A stretch of 63,978 nucleotides of DNA, the filler included, from an uncultured bacterium (GTDB lineage Bacteria > CAYSBA01), in the NCBI GenBank assembly GCA_964429075.1. It is 15 parts of 15 records of this genome, joined end to end, with 100 filler letters (N's around TTAATTAATTAA, not from the genome) between each part and the next. Parts side by side here need not be neighbours in the genome. Positions count along the whole stretch, not along the records: positions 52,223 to 56,377 come from CAYSBA010000166.1; positions 56,478 to 60,621 come from CAYSBA010000167.1; positions 60,722 to 63,978 come from CAYSBA010000215.1; 12 more parts are not named here. The stretch is one strand, 5' to 3'. The notes under the pieces were generated by a model that was not told where the DNA came from, ran no database searches, and worked only from the letters and a program-made list of their open reading frames with translations. Both the position numbers and the translations under genes were made by a program. Shown here piece after piece: positions 53,935 to 63,978 of the stretch. Each line of letters begins with the position of its first letter. Position 1 is the first letter of the stretch.

Positions 53935-54941
53935 TCTAAATCTATTGATGGATTTTTGAGCGTAAAGTCCTCTTTAGAGTCTTTGTCGTTTAAAACATCA
54001 TCGATCCATCTTCTTGTAACCAGGGCCCTGTCATACATCTTTTGATAGGAGGTAAAAGACTTATCACCTTCGTTTGTCAGGAGGTTTACATGTACTATGC
54101 GTGCATCGAGTTCATCAAGCCTATGAAGGACAAATGCCTCAAGAAGCTGTGGCAAGACAGGAGAGCCTGCATCATAGCTCCCGTGATGGGAGAGGATCAG
54201 GTGGAGGACGAGGGTCCTTAAATCCTGTGGGAAATCCTGAATACGTTGAATCAAGCGATCGGTTATAATTGCACTTGAAACAAGGTGTCCTATCAATTTG
54301 CCGCTCTCAGTATACTCAAAAGGTTTTTTATAGTCTATCATTTCAATCTTTCCAATATCGTGAAATAAAGCGCCTATAATTAATAGATCTCTATTTAGAA
54401 AGGGGTACAGCCTTGTTATTGTATCAACAAGTTTCAAGATAGAAACAGTATGGTCGAGAAGGCCTCCAATGTAGTTATGATGAAGTTTTTTTGCTGCAGG
54501 GGCCTCTGAAAATTTCTTCAGAAGTTCAGGATCGCCCATAAATGCCCTTGCCAGGCGTCTTAGATATCGATTTTTTATCTTTGCAATAGATCGTTTTATA
54601 ATGTTTAACTGATCTTCTTTGTCATGAGATGAACTCGGTAAGAAATGACTCCTGTCAGCTTGATCTGTTGTCTTCTCTATATTGTAGATCCTCAGCTGCA
54701 GCCTTCCCTGATATTCTGTGACTGTTGCATCAACAGCTACAATATCTCCTACTTCAAAGGGTGCACTGTAGTCTTTGTTTATGTCCCATAGTCGAGATTC
54801 TATGTCACCTGTCTTGTCTGTAAGTACAAGTGCAAGATAGCTACCGTTTTTTCCACTGTTTAATGACATCGACCTGACCATAAAAAGGTCTTTTACAGAA
54901 TCACCGGCCTTCAGTTCGTTTATAAACTGTCTTTTTTGCAT
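53931..54941 (-). CDS. yhaM: 3'-5' exoribonuclease YhaM/CBF1 (OB fold + HD)
   Basis: L.L.DKTG.I...W OB fold, PAA..HH..GGLLDH, HDIGK, ILSHHG. Confidence 0.88.
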   Translation of the reverse strand: MQKRQFINELKAGDSVKDLFMVRSMSLNSGKNGSYLALVLTDKTGDIESRLWDINKDYSAPFEVGDIVAVDATVTEYQGRLQLRIYNIEKTTDQADRSHFLPSSSHDKEDQLNIIKRSIAKIKNRYLRRLARAFMGDPELLKKFSEAPAAKKLHHNYIGGLLDHTVSILKLVDTITRLYPFLNRDLLIIGALFHDIGKIEMIDYKKPFEYTESGKLIGHLVSSAIITDRLIQRIQDFPQDLRTLVLHLILSHHGSYDAGSPVLPQLLEAFVLHRLDELDARIVHVNLLTNEGDKSFTSYQKMYDRALVTRRWIDDVLNDKDSKEDFTLKNPSIDLE

Positions 54942-54954
54942 GTTTTATAATATT

Positions 54955-55710
54955 TCAGTCGTCTTTTTCGTCATCATTGTGGTGTTTGTCTTTATCAGAC
55001 TTTTTATCCTTTTGGGAATCATCATCTTTTTTATTCTTGCTATGTTCATGTCCTTTGTGTTTACCCTCATCTTCATGCTCTTTCTTCTTTTTATCCTTGT
55101 CCTTATCTTCTTCCTTCTCTTCTTTTTCTTTTTTACCCTTCTTTTTGTCCTTTTTCTTACCTATTGCATAGAGTTTTCCAGGATAGATGTTTCCATTTTC
55201 ATCAACCATCCAGGTCTTATTAAAACAGGATGTCGATGCACTCCCTGTAAATGAAGCAAGACAGAGAAACTTTTTGAGCTTACCCTTTGAATATGCTTCC
55301 ACTGGTATTATGTTGTATTTATAATAATTGTCTGTATATATTGTTGTTGTCTTTGATTTGTGTTCTTTCTTTTCATATTCATGGTTCTCTTCTCCAATAT
55401 GCTTCCCTTTATCAGAGTGCTTTTCTGACTTACTAACAGTTTTTGTAGAAAGATCCAGTGAAAGACTACCGAGTGAATCGGTAAAGTAGCTGTTGTTCAT
55501 GAAATAGTTGCCCTCTTTCATATAAATCTTGAATAGATTTGTCTTTGCCAGTACATCAAACTCTCTCTCTTTAACACACTCATAGTTGGGTATGGCAACA
55601 GATACAATAAGACCGGCTATTGCAATGGTCATCAGTAGTTCAACCAGTGTAAAACCATGCATTTTCATCATGATCTTTCTACTGACTTTCATTTGAATCT
55701 TTTGCTTCAT
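54955..55710 (-). CDS. Type IV pilin-like protein with highly charged insert and tail
   Basis: GGAGG RBS, basic leader, G|FTLVEL prepilin site, AIPNY, W.VDENG; K/D/E/H low-complexity C-terminus. Confidence 0.85.
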   Translation of the reverse strand: MKQKIQMKVSRKIMMKMHGFTLVELLMTIAIAGLIVSVAIPNYECVKEREFDVLAKTNLFKIYMKEGNYFMNNSYFTDSLGSLSLDLSTKTVSKSEKHSDKGKHIGEENHEYEKKEHKSKTTTIYTDNYYKYNIIPVEAYSKGKLKKFLCLASFTGSASTSCFNKTWMVDENGNIYPGKLYAIGKKKDKKKGKKEKEEKEEDKDKDKKKKEHEDEGKHKGHEHSKNKKDDDSQKDKKSDKDKHHNDDEKDD

Positions 55711-56377
55711 GATTTACCTCCCTGTTAGATTCATCGAAAAAGATCACCCTTCCATCTTCCACACTGAGCAAAGGATTATTTTCGTTATCAAACAACCTTA
55801 TTATCCTTATCCCCTCTGGTTTGAGCTTATTATACAATCTTAGTACCTGCTGTTTTTTCAGGTTTCTATCGATTTCTAACCATCCATCCTTCACGATACC
55901 CACAAAGACATTATCTCTAATAACAGAAAACTGGATAGGAACCTCTGTATCCAGATCTGATGGATCAACAAGATAGGCCTTCTGTGGTTCACGTTCGTAT
56001 ACAACCTCCTCGGCAACAGAAGATATGTATGGTTTGTTGAGCACTATATATAATATCAGCGGAATGAGTATAATAAGAAGTATTATCTTAACAATGAGGG
56101 ATCTTTTGATTTTACGGTATTCCTCTTCTGATAATTCCAGGATGTTGGAATCCTTCTTTTTTACATAATGTTTATGCAGCGGTTTTTTTATGTGATAATA
56201 GTCCTGAGGTTTTAGGAAATCTTTAAAAAATTCAGGATCTGAATCGGATTTGAATACGTAGTATACCTCTCTTATCTTCAATATATATTTAAAACAGCTA
56301 AACCAACTTGTATGAAGCTCATCCGTCCCCATCCTTCCAACCTTTGTCCTGTGGAGGTGTTTGAAGGCCTTAAAGTC
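55679..56377 (-). CDS. Hypothetical single-pass membrane protein, 5' truncated
   Basis: Frame open from contig edge; one strong TM segment IILLIILIPLILYIVL. Confidence 0.6.
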   Translation of the reverse strand, partial: DFKAFKHLHRTKVGRMGTDELHTSWFSCFKYILKIREVYYVFKSDSDPEFFKDFLKPQDYYHIKKPLHKHYVKKKDSNILELSEEEYRKIKRSLIVKIILLIILIPLILYIVLNKPYISSVAEEVVYEREPQKAYLVDPSDLDTEVPIQFSVIRDNVFVGIVKDGWLEIDRNLKKQQVLRLYNKLKPEGIRIIRLFDNENNPLLSVEDGRVIFFDESNREVNHEAKDSNESQ

Positions 56378-56477
56378 NNNNNNNNNNNNNNNNNNNNNNN
56401 NNNNNNNNNNNNNNNNNNNNNTTAATTAATTAANNNNNNNNNNNNNNNNNNNNNNNNNNNNNNNNNNNNNNNNNNNN

Positions 56478-57373
56478 AACTAAGACTAAATAATATAATT
56501 AAGACTGCACCTGGATGTGAAATATCCCCTATATATGGTCATATGAATGCCTATCCCTTTAATGAAGAATATATAGGTCGTTACTGGGTTATAAACTGGT
56601 GGGTCTACAATGAAAAAATGGAATATCAGAGGATGCTGGAACCCTCAGAGATCTTTCAAAAACTCAGGGAAAGTGGTGTAGAGGTAATCCAGATAAATCA
56701 TCCAAGGAGTAGTCAGGGACTGCTCAATCATGTAAAATACGATCCTGCAATAGGTATGAGTTCTGTAGATCCTGATGTGTTTGATACAAATTTTGATGCA
56801 ATTGAACTCCTTAATAGTACAGATACACAAACAATGATCGAAACAGTCCTTTACGACTGGTTTAGCTTTCAGAATCAGGGTATAAAAGTAACGGCTGTTG
56901 GTGTCTCAGACAGTCACGCACCAGGTAATCCCCCTGGTTTTGGCAGGACATTTGTAAAGGTTTCTGATGACAATGTGGCAGGTCTCGATCTGAATCAGGT
57001 GTGGGAATCACTGAAATCACAACGCGCAGTTGTGTCGGGAGGTCCCTTTGTTACTATAGGTATTGATGATAAGTCAGAAGGTGACACTGTAACTACAGAC
57101 GGTACTGTTGATATAACAATACACATTCAGGCACCAGATTGGATCTCTGTAAATGAGGCAATCCTCTTCAAAAATGGTGAACCCTTAGAGACCTTTCAGA
57201 TCCTTTCGTCAGACTACTCAGAAAACTCTCTCGATCTTACCCTATCATACCAGGACAACATTGAGACTAACAGCTGGTACTGTGTCCTTGTAACAGGGGA
57301 CCAGAGTATGGATCCTGTATTTGGTGCCCTCCCTGCAGGACTTACAAATCCAATATGGGTAAATGTTCAATAG
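56478..57373 (+). CDS. CehA/McbA-family PHP metallohydrolase, 5' truncated
   Basis: GCEIS..GHMNA, INHPR, FDAIELLN, GVSDSH, GRTFV, TNPIWV. Confidence 0.82.
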
Positions 57374-59257
57374 ATGGTAAAAAACCTTGCCATCTGTCTG
57401 ATATTGCTTTTTGCTTTTGGTTTCTGTGGCAAAACCCAGAATAATAGACCACAGGGGCCGGAGGTAGTCTTTGATCCATCAGACAACTATTTCTTTGCAA
57501 TGCCCTATCCAGATTCTGCACGAATCGATGAAAGTGGAAGGCTTGACATGCACAATTTCCCCTATCTTGATGAAAACAAATTACTCAGAAAATATATAAA
57601 CATTATAGAAGAAGAGGCGAGCTTTTCAACCTATGCACCCATATATCTTACATTTACAGAAAAGATAGACACATCAACGCTACCAGAATCAGAGTTAATA
57701 AGTGTTTCAGATATCTCTTCGATGTTTTTACTAGATATTGTTGATAAAACAAGGATACCCATAAGATGGCATTATCAAGAAACAGCTAGTACTTATATGC
57801 CAGAGGGTGTATTAGCAGTTGCACCTGCAAGGGGATTTGTCCTGAAACCAGACAGACTCCATGCACTGATTCTTACCAATAAAATAGAGGATGTTTATGG
57901 GAATCATTTGGTCAAAGATGATATGATCTACGAATTATCCAATAATATGGATCCTGAAAATTTAAACAAAGGGGCGTTAAAAGATTACCAGAAGGCATGG
58001 GATGTTGTTTCATCACTCTTTGATCCAGACGATATCTCCCATATTGTTGTTTTCAGGACCTACAATGTAACCAAAGATGCTGAAGCAATGTTTTATACTG
58101 CTGATGAAACCTTTATGCCAGAGATTGTTAGTGAGCCAGCACTTTCGACAGAGCTATCAAATATGTATGTCCTAGAAGGTAGGTTTAAGATACCGATCTT
58201 TCAAAGAGGTACACCACCATACTACGACAGTGGAGGGGATGTTCAGTTTGATGGGGAAGGAAATGCAATCATAGATCATGATGAAGATATACGATTTGCG
58301 CTCACAATCCCCAAAAACATAGAAGATAATCAGGATGTACCACTTTTGATATATGCCCACGGCACAGGTGGCGACTATATGACCTACATAAGGGCAAAAG
58401 TGGCAACCAACCTATCAGATGTTGGTATCGCTGCTTCTGGTATAGATCAGCCCCTTCATGGAGAGAGGAATCCAACCGGTAGTGAGATGACAGAAGAGTT
58501 ATTTTTTAATTATCATAATCCGATTGCCGCAAAGTACAATGTTTTGCAATCAGCCGTTGAATCCATGATCCTCATGAAGACACTCTCCGGTAAAAAGATT
58601 GCTGTAAAAGGTAAAGAATATACCCTTTCAGATCATGATCTTTTTTTCTTTGGACACTCTCAGGGGTCAATTACAGGTTCAATCTTTATTGCCATGTCAT
58701 CCAGAATCAGGGCTTCACTGCTTTCAGGCTGTGGAGGTGGGCTTGGAGAATCCCTTATCTATAAAACAAAACCCACACCAATAAAAGATCTACTTAAAGC
58801 ACTTATGTATATACCGCAGGATGAGGAATTAGGATGGTACGATCCACTACTTATGGTAATCCAGACAGTATCTGACCCTGCTGACCCCATAAATTTTGGA
58901 GATCTTTTTTTACATAAAGGAGATTATGATATCGGGAATAATCTTTTGATGACAGAGGGTTTACAGGATGGTTATGTACCCCCCTTTACTACAGAAGCAC
59001 TCAGTTTTGTTGCACACATTCCTTTTGTTGAGCCTGTATCATCCATACCAGAGACTGCATCAATTGCAGGCATAAAGACAGTTGATCCACCGGTAACAGG
59101 TAATGTGGAACTGGACAATGGCATAAAGGTAACAGCTGGGCTCTTACAATTTCCTGATTATGGACACTTTGCGGTCTTTGATAGCCAAAGAGCAATAGAT
59201 GCATATAAGACATTCTTTTCTTCTGCAAAGGGTGGTAATATTCCGACAATCCCTTAG
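57374..59257 (+). CDS. Secreted alpha/beta hydrolase (extracellular lipase-like)
   Basis: Signal peptide, PYPD.R, YAHGTGG, IDQPLHGER, nucleophile elbow GHSQG, D in GLQDGY, H in GHF. Confidence 0.75.
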   Translation: MVKNLAICLILLFAFGFCGKTQNNRPQGPEVVFDPSDNYFFAMPYPDSARIDESGRLDMHNFPYLDENKLLRKYINIIEEEASFSTYAPIYLTFTEKIDTSTLPESELISVSDISSMFLLDIVDKTRIPIRWHYQETASTYMPEGVLAVAPARGFVLKPDRLHALILTNKIEDVYGNHLVKDDMIYELSNNMDPENLNKGALKDYQKAWDVVSSLFDPDDISHIVVFRTYNVTKDAEAMFYTADETFMPEIVSEPALSTELSNMYVLEGRFKIPIFQRGTPPYYDSGGDVQFDGEGNAIIDHDEDIRFALTIPKNIEDNQDVPLLIYAHGTGGDYMTYIRAKVATNLSDVGIAASGIDQPLHGERNPTGSEMTEELFFNYHNPIAAKYNVLQSAVESMILMKTLSGKKIAVKGKEYTLSDHDLFFFGHSQGSITGSIFIAMSSRIRASLLSGCGGGLGESLIYKTKPTPIKDLLKALMYIPQDEELGWYDPLLMVIQTVSDPADPINFGDLFLHKGDYDIGNNLLMTEGLQDGYVPPFTTEALSFVAHIPFVEPVSSIPETASIAGIKTVDPPVTGNVELDNGIKVTAGLLQFPDYGHFAVFDSQRAIDAYKTFFSSAKGGNIPTIP

Positions 59258-59258
59258 C

Positions 59259-59287
59259 TTGACTGTGATAGAAATAATGTATAGGTT
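59259..59287 (+). promoter_or_regulatory. Putative sigma70 promoter (leaderless geometry)
   Basis: TTGACT-17 nt-TAGGTT, 6 nt before ATG 59294; no clear SD. Confidence 0.35.
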
Positions 59288-59293
59288 AACCAG

Positions 59294-60621
59294 ATGAAAG
59301 AAGGGTTTTTTATAAAGGAATTAAAAAAGAGGCTCGGGAATAAGATAAAAACCGGATTATCTATTCGAAAGAACCACTCACATGATGAATCCTACCATAC
59401 ACCTGTTTTGCCTGATGCTGTGCTTGTTGCAGAAACCACACAAGACGTATCAACTGCCCTTGAGGTATCAGCAAAATACCGAGTCCCAGTTACGGCCTTT
59501 GGTTCTGGTTCAAGTCTGGAAGGCAATCCGATCCCTATTCATGGTGGACTGGTGATAAGCTTTCAGACAATGAATAGGATTGTAGATTATAGCCCTTCAG
59601 ATTTTCAGGTCGTTGTTGAGCCAGGAATTGTTTATGAAGAGTTAAACAAAAAGCTAAGACATGATGGCCTCTTTTTCCCGCCAGGGCCTGGAAGCGCAAA
59701 GGTGGCATCTATAGGCGGGATGGTAAATAATAATTCAAGTGGAATGCGCTCTGTTAAGTATGGTGTTACAAAAGATTATGTCCTTGGACTTGAGGTAGTA
59801 CTGGCTGATGGTAAGGTAATAAACACAGGAACATCTGCCTTTAAAAGCTCCTCCGGGTATGATCTTACAAGGTTGTTTGTTGGTAGTGAGGGTACTCTTG
59901 GACTAATAACAAAGATAAGACTCAGATTAAGGCCTCTACCAGAGACAAGGAGACTCTTTTCTGCAACCTTTGAAAGCGATACAATTTCAGCTCAGTGTGC
60001 TTCAAACATAATTCTGACTGGTATCATACCCTCTGCACTTGAGATGCTCGATGATGTTGTGATAGATGCACTCAATCACTACAATAATTTTGGCTTTGAA
60101 AAAAGGCCAACTTTGTTGATAGAACTTGATGGTAACAGTGAATCTATTGAATATGAATCTCAACTTTTGAAAGAGGTCCTTGTGGACTCAGGGGCAAAAT
60201 CCATTATTGAATATGGCAAAAACGACCAGGATCGTATCTGGGATTGCAGACGAGAAGCAAGGCATGCTCTGCAGTCCTTTTATGGCAAGTCAGAATGCAT
60301 AATTGGTGATGTATGTGTGCCGATATCACAGTTTGGTAAGATGATATCATTTATAAAAGAACAGGCAAAGCAATTAGATCTTATCGTTGCTGCATTTGGT
60401 CATGCAGGTGATGGTAACGTACATACTGATGTGGCCGCATCAAAGAATAACAAAGATGAGTGGGAGCGAGCTATGATCTTTAATGACAGGATCGTTAACA
60501 AGGCGATTGAACTTGGCGGTACAATAACAGGAGAGCACGGTGTGGGGATAGGTAAAAAGAAATATATCTATAGTGAACATAACGATTCAGTTTCAATAAT
60601 GAAATTGATTAAGAGTTCCTT
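59294..60621 (+). CDS. FAD-linked oxidase (GlcD / D-lactate dehydrogenase family), 3' truncated
   Basis: PDAV, GSGSSLEG, SIGGM, GYDLTRLFVGSEGTLG, GHAGDGNVH, GTITGEHGVG. Confidence 0.9.
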
Positions 60622-60814
60622 NNNNNNNNNNNNNNNNNNNNNNNNNNNNNNNNNNNNNNNNNNNNTTAATTAATTAANNNNNNNNNNNNNNNNNNNNNNN
60701 NNNNNNNNNNNNNNNNNNNNNCTGTTGACATTAATAGATATTCTCCTCTTATATATTTAAGATAAACGAGACGTTTGTCGTAACATTTTATTAATTTTTT
60801 AATATTGTTTTCTT

Positions 60815-60842
60815 TTGACAGAGATCAAGAAAAAAATATAGT
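60815..60842 (+). promoter_or_regulatory. Putative sigma70 promoter
   Basis: TTGACA-16 nt-TATAGT upstream of the NSS transporter. Confidence 0.4.
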
Positions 60843-60877
60843 TGACATACGTTCCCAATTTTATTACAAAGGCATTT

Positions 60878-62254
60878 ATGAGTAGTCAGACAAAAAGAGG
60901 TCATTGGGGCACAAAGATTGGTTTTATCCTCGCTGCTGCCGGTTCCGCAGTAGGGCTCGGTAATATATGGAAATTCCCATACATAACTGGGATGAACGGT
61001 GGTGGACTTTTTGTACTTATTTACCTTATCTGCATAGTTGCTATAGGTATTCCTATTATGATCTGTGAAATCCTCATTGGAAGGAGCACCCAGAAGGCAC
61101 CCATAGGTGCATTTCAGAAACTCTCCGGCCAGGATACTCCCTGGAAAATTGTAGGTTGGATGGGCATATTTTCAGGATTCATTATCCTTTCTTACTACAG
61201 TGTTGTTGCAGGATGGGCAATGAATTATGTACTCATGAGCATAACAGATGCAACCCATGGCAAAAGTCCAGATCAGATTGCTGCCCTATTTAATACCCTC
61301 TATACTTCTGGAGATATTAATCTTTTCTGGCATCTTCTTTTTATGTTGATAACAGGAGGCGTTGTTATTGGTGGTATACAACATGGTATAGAAAAGTGGT
61401 CCAGGTTCTTAATGCCGCTGCTCTTTGTACTCCTTCTGATCCTGTTCGGCTATGCGATCTTTTCTCCAAATGGTGGTTTCATAAAAGGCTTTTTATTCAT
61501 TTTTAAACCCGATCCATCAAAACTCACCTCATCAGGCGTACTTGAAGCACTCGGACACTCTTTCTTTACCCTCTCTCTCGGAATGGGTGCAATGATAACT
61601 TATGGTAGTTATCTCGAAAAAGAGAGCGATATCGTCAACTCTTCAATCCTGGTATCTTTACTCGATACACTTGTAGCACTCCTTGCTTGCCTTATAATCT
61701 TTCCAATTATATTCAGTCACGGCCAGCAGCCAAATGCAGGCCCTGGGCTTGTTTTTAAAACTATGCCAATTGTCTTCTCGCAGATACCAGGTGGCCTCTT
61801 TCTCTCTCTGATATTCTTTGTACTCCTTGTATTTGCTGCACTCACAAGTGCAATATCTCTGCTTGAAGTTGTTACAAGTTATTTTATCGATGAGCGTGGC
61901 TGGTCCCGAAGAAAGGCAACAATCTTTTCTACTGCAATAATCTTCCTTTATGGTGTGCCATCTGCCCTCTCTGGAGAAGGTAAGATATTTTCAAAATGGA
62001 CTGATATCTTTGGCAAAAACTTCTTCGACACAATGGATTATCTTGCCTCAAACTGGTTACTTCCTCTTGGGGGTCTGTTTATTGCCATTTATGTAGGGTG
62101 GTTTATGGATCCAAAACTGAGACAAGATGAGTTTTTAGAGGGCACAAAACTTGATTGGTTTTATAAACCCTGGCTCTTTTTAGTTAGATTTGTTGCTCCT
62201 GTTGCTGTATTTTTTGTATTTTTATATAAAATACGGGTACTTAAACTACACTGA
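60878..62254 (+). CDS. Sodium-dependent transporter, NSS (LeuT-like) family
   Basis: R..W..GFILAAAGSAVGLGNIWKFPY, FFTLSLG, GPGL.F, AALTSAISLLE. Confidence 0.94.
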   Translation: MSSQTKRGHWGTKIGFILAAAGSAVGLGNIWKFPYITGMNGGGLFVLIYLICIVAIGIPIMICEILIGRSTQKAPIGAFQKLSGQDTPWKIVGWMGIFSGFIILSYYSVVAGWAMNYVLMSITDATHGKSPDQIAALFNTLYTSGDINLFWHLLFMLITGGVVIGGIQHGIEKWSRFLMPLLFVLLLILFGYAIFSPNGGFIKGFLFIFKPDPSKLTSSGVLEALGHSFFTLSLGMGAMITYGSYLEKESDIVNSSILVSLLDTLVALLACLIIFPIIFSHGQQPNAGPGLVFKTMPIVFSQIPGGLFLSLIFFVLLVFAALTSAISLLEVVTSYFIDERGWSRRKATIFSTAIIFLYGVPSALSGEGKIFSKWTDIFGKNFFDTMDYLASNWLLPLGGLFIAIYVGWFMDPKLRQDEFLEGTKLDWFYKPWLFLVRFVAPVAVFFVFLYKIRVLKLH

Positions 62255-62256
62255 AG

Positions 62257-62844
62257 CTAAAGATCCTTATCAGGTATCTCAACCCTGAATAGACCCCTTA
62301 GATCCCCTTTTTTATATCCTGTTGCCATATCATCTGGATAGTATTTTTTTAGCCTATCAAGTACACCCTTTTCTATCTTGTCCTTTTTACCATGACATCC
62401 AAGGCATAAAGACTTTATATAAATCGGTTGATAGTATCTATAATATCTCTTTTTACCCCTTTTAATCAAAATAGTATAGCTTTTTTTTACCCTGTGAGTC
62501 TTAAAGTAATTAAATGCCAATATATCGTAGTCATCAAGTTTATCTTTAGGGTTCCTTGGTCTGTCTGTAACTCGTTTGACAGATATATCTTTAAATTCAT
62601 TTGTTATATCTTTTACAATAGAAGCTGCCTTTGTATGACAATATGAAAGTGCGTCAGAAAAACCATTTTCCGTAATAGCCCCTTTTAATTCTCTTGTCAT
62701 CTTTTTTGTCAATCTTTTTATAATCTTATTACCAATCTCTTCTACCCTCTTTATTCCAGGAGCCTTTGTCTCTTCTGCCGGGATGCTTACAGTTGTTGTA
62801 GCTATAAGAAGGCTACATGCAAGAAAAATTTTTGCTCTGCTCAA
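62257..62844 (-). CDS. DUF3365 / Tll0287-like c-type cytochrome
   Basis: Signal peptide, RPRNP, CLGCHG heme motif, YPDD.ATGYK.GDLRG. Confidence 0.85.
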   Translation of the reverse strand: MSRAKIFLACSLLIATTTVSIPAEETKAPGIKRVEEIGNKIIKRLTKKMTRELKGAITENGFSDALSYCHTKAASIVKDITNEFKDISVKRVTDRPRNPKDKLDDYDILAFNYFKTHRVKKSYTILIKRGKKRYYRYYQPIYIKSLCLGCHGKKDKIEKGVLDRLKKYYPDDMATGYKKGDLRGLFRVEIPDKDL

Positions 62845-63926
62845 ACCTCTTCTCCGAGTATAAAGCGATTTGTTAATTCTTTTGCAGTGTTATCGTCGTA
62901 CTGGATAGGGGGAGATTTCATCAGGAAACTTGATGGTCCTAAGAGTGGTCCGCCCACTCCACGATCAAAGGCGAGTTTGATCAAACGTATGGCATCAATA
63001 ACCACACCTGCAGAATTTGGGGAGTCTTCAACAGAGAGTCTGCACTCCAGATTCATCGGAACATCACCAAAATGACGGGCCTCTATCCTGAGATAACATA
63101 CCTTATTGTCTCTCTGCCAGGGAACATAGTCACTTGGACCAACATGAATATTTGATTCCTCAAGTTGAATACCCCTGTTCTGGAATTGAGATAATACAGA
63201 CTGTGTCTTTGATTTCTTTTTGGATGAAAGCCTCTCCCTTTCGAGCATATTCAGAAAGTCGGTATTTCCACCTGTATTTAACTGGTATGTTCTGTCTATT
63301 ATCATACCTCTGTCCAGGAATAGATTGACCAGAGTCCTATGTAAGATTGTTGCACCAACCTGAGATTTAATGTCGTCTCCAATTATTGGAAGCCCTGCAT
63401 CTGTAAATTTCTGTGACCATTCGGGATTACTTGCTATAAATACAGGTATCGCATTTACCATACCACAGCCTGCCTTAAGGATCTGTTCGGTATACCATAT
63501 TGTAGCCCTTTCACTACCAACTGGTAGATAGTTGATAACAACTTCAGCACCAGTCTCTTTCAGCACCTCTGCCACATCAACCGTTTCCTGATCTGATATC
63601 CGTAGATGGTCCCTAAGGTATTTCCCCACTCCATCCAGGACCTTCCCCATCTTCACTTCTACACCAAGTTTTGGGACATCGCAAAAACGTGTTGTGTTGT
63701 TTGGATAAGCAAATATAGCCTCTGATAGATCTTTGCCTACCTTATCTTGTGTGACATCAAAGGCAGCAACAAATTCAATATCAGATACACGATAATCTCC
63801 AATAACAGGATGCATAAGGCCGGGGATAAATCTATCAGGTGGATAATCTCTGTAGTAATAGACACCTTGAACTAGTGATGATGCGCAGTTACCAACACCG
63901 ATGATTGCTACCTTTATCTTTCCCAT
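62841..63926 (-). CDS. ino1: myo-inositol-1-phosphate synthase
   Basis: [47 protein letters not shown]. Confidence 0.95.
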   Translation of the reverse strand: MGKIKVAIIGVGNCASSLVQGVYYYRDYPPDRFIPGLMHPVIGDYRVSDIEFVAAFDVTQDKVGKDLSEAIFAYPNNTTRFCDVPKLGVEVKMGKVLDGVGKYLRDHLRISDQETVDVAEVLKETGAEVVINYLPVGSERATIWYTEQILKAGCGMVNAIPVFIASNPEWSQKFTDAGLPIIGDDIKSQVGATILHRTLVNLFLDRGMIIDRTYQLNTGGNTDFLNMLERERLSSKKKSKTQSVLSQFQNRGIQLEESNIHVGPSDYVPWQRDNKVCYLRIEARHFGDVPMNLECRLSVEDSPNSAGVVIDAIRLIKLAFDRGVGGPLLGPSSFLMKSPPIQYDDNTAKELTNRFILGEEV

Positions 63927-63978
63927 ATATCATCCTCTGTTCTGTTAAGTCTGTGTTTCTATAACAACATTAATATAC

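Noticed and set aside
54940-55254. Very hydrophobic Phe/Leu-rich 104-aa ORF on + strand
   Set aside because: It is the antisense shadow of the purine-rich Lys/Glu/Asp pilin tail.
4407-60721. Regularly spaced identical TTAATTAATTAA palindromes (repeat- or CRISPR-like periodicity of about 4.3 kb)
   Set aside because: Each is embedded in fixed 44-N flanks, encodes stops in all frames, and separates contigs sorted by length. It is an assembly spacer, so no synteny was inferred across it.
1-63978. tRNA, rRNA, riboswitch, CRISPR array, IS, prophage or defence system
   Set aside because: None recognised by eye and intergenic regions are short. A covariance-model search (Infernal/tRNAscan-SE) would be needed to exclude small RNAs.

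Overview
This window is not contiguous chromosome. It is 15 short contigs of about 4.1-4.4 kb, ordered by decreasing length and joined by an artificial 100-bp spacer (44 N + TTAATTAATTAA + 44 N), so gene neighbourhoods are only meaningful within a contig. The source is an AT-rich diderm bacterium, probably Myxococcota/deltaproteobacterial. The evidence is gltG-cglE gliding genes, vWA, Cys-rich and PEGA lipoproteins, a type IV pilin, and the leuS-lptE-holA-rpsT synteny. Most content is housekeeping (ftsK, rluD, asd, mrdA, purE, leuS, argS, accA, miaA, two-subunit fumarase, ino1). Five items stand out. (1) An operon of class III aminotransferase, P-loop protein, ornithine carbamoyltransferase and carbamate kinase looks like the energy-conserving arginine synthetase (ArcE) pathway; its aminotransferase carries an in-frame TAA. 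(2) An AmmeMemoRadiSam radical SAM gene appears to lack its usual N-terminal segment and is followed by a tiny twin-arginine peptide that seems to carry it. (3) comM and a divergent recA form an operon with two small secreted proteins resembling half-TolC repeats and an Ig-like lipoprotein, a possible dedicated DNA uptake/recombination module. (4) A type IV pilin has long Lys/Asp/Glu/His tracts. (5) Several promoters are placed for leaderless transcription. No rRNA, tRNA, CRISPR array or mobile element was recognised. All family assignments are by eye and from recalled motifs, with no database search.
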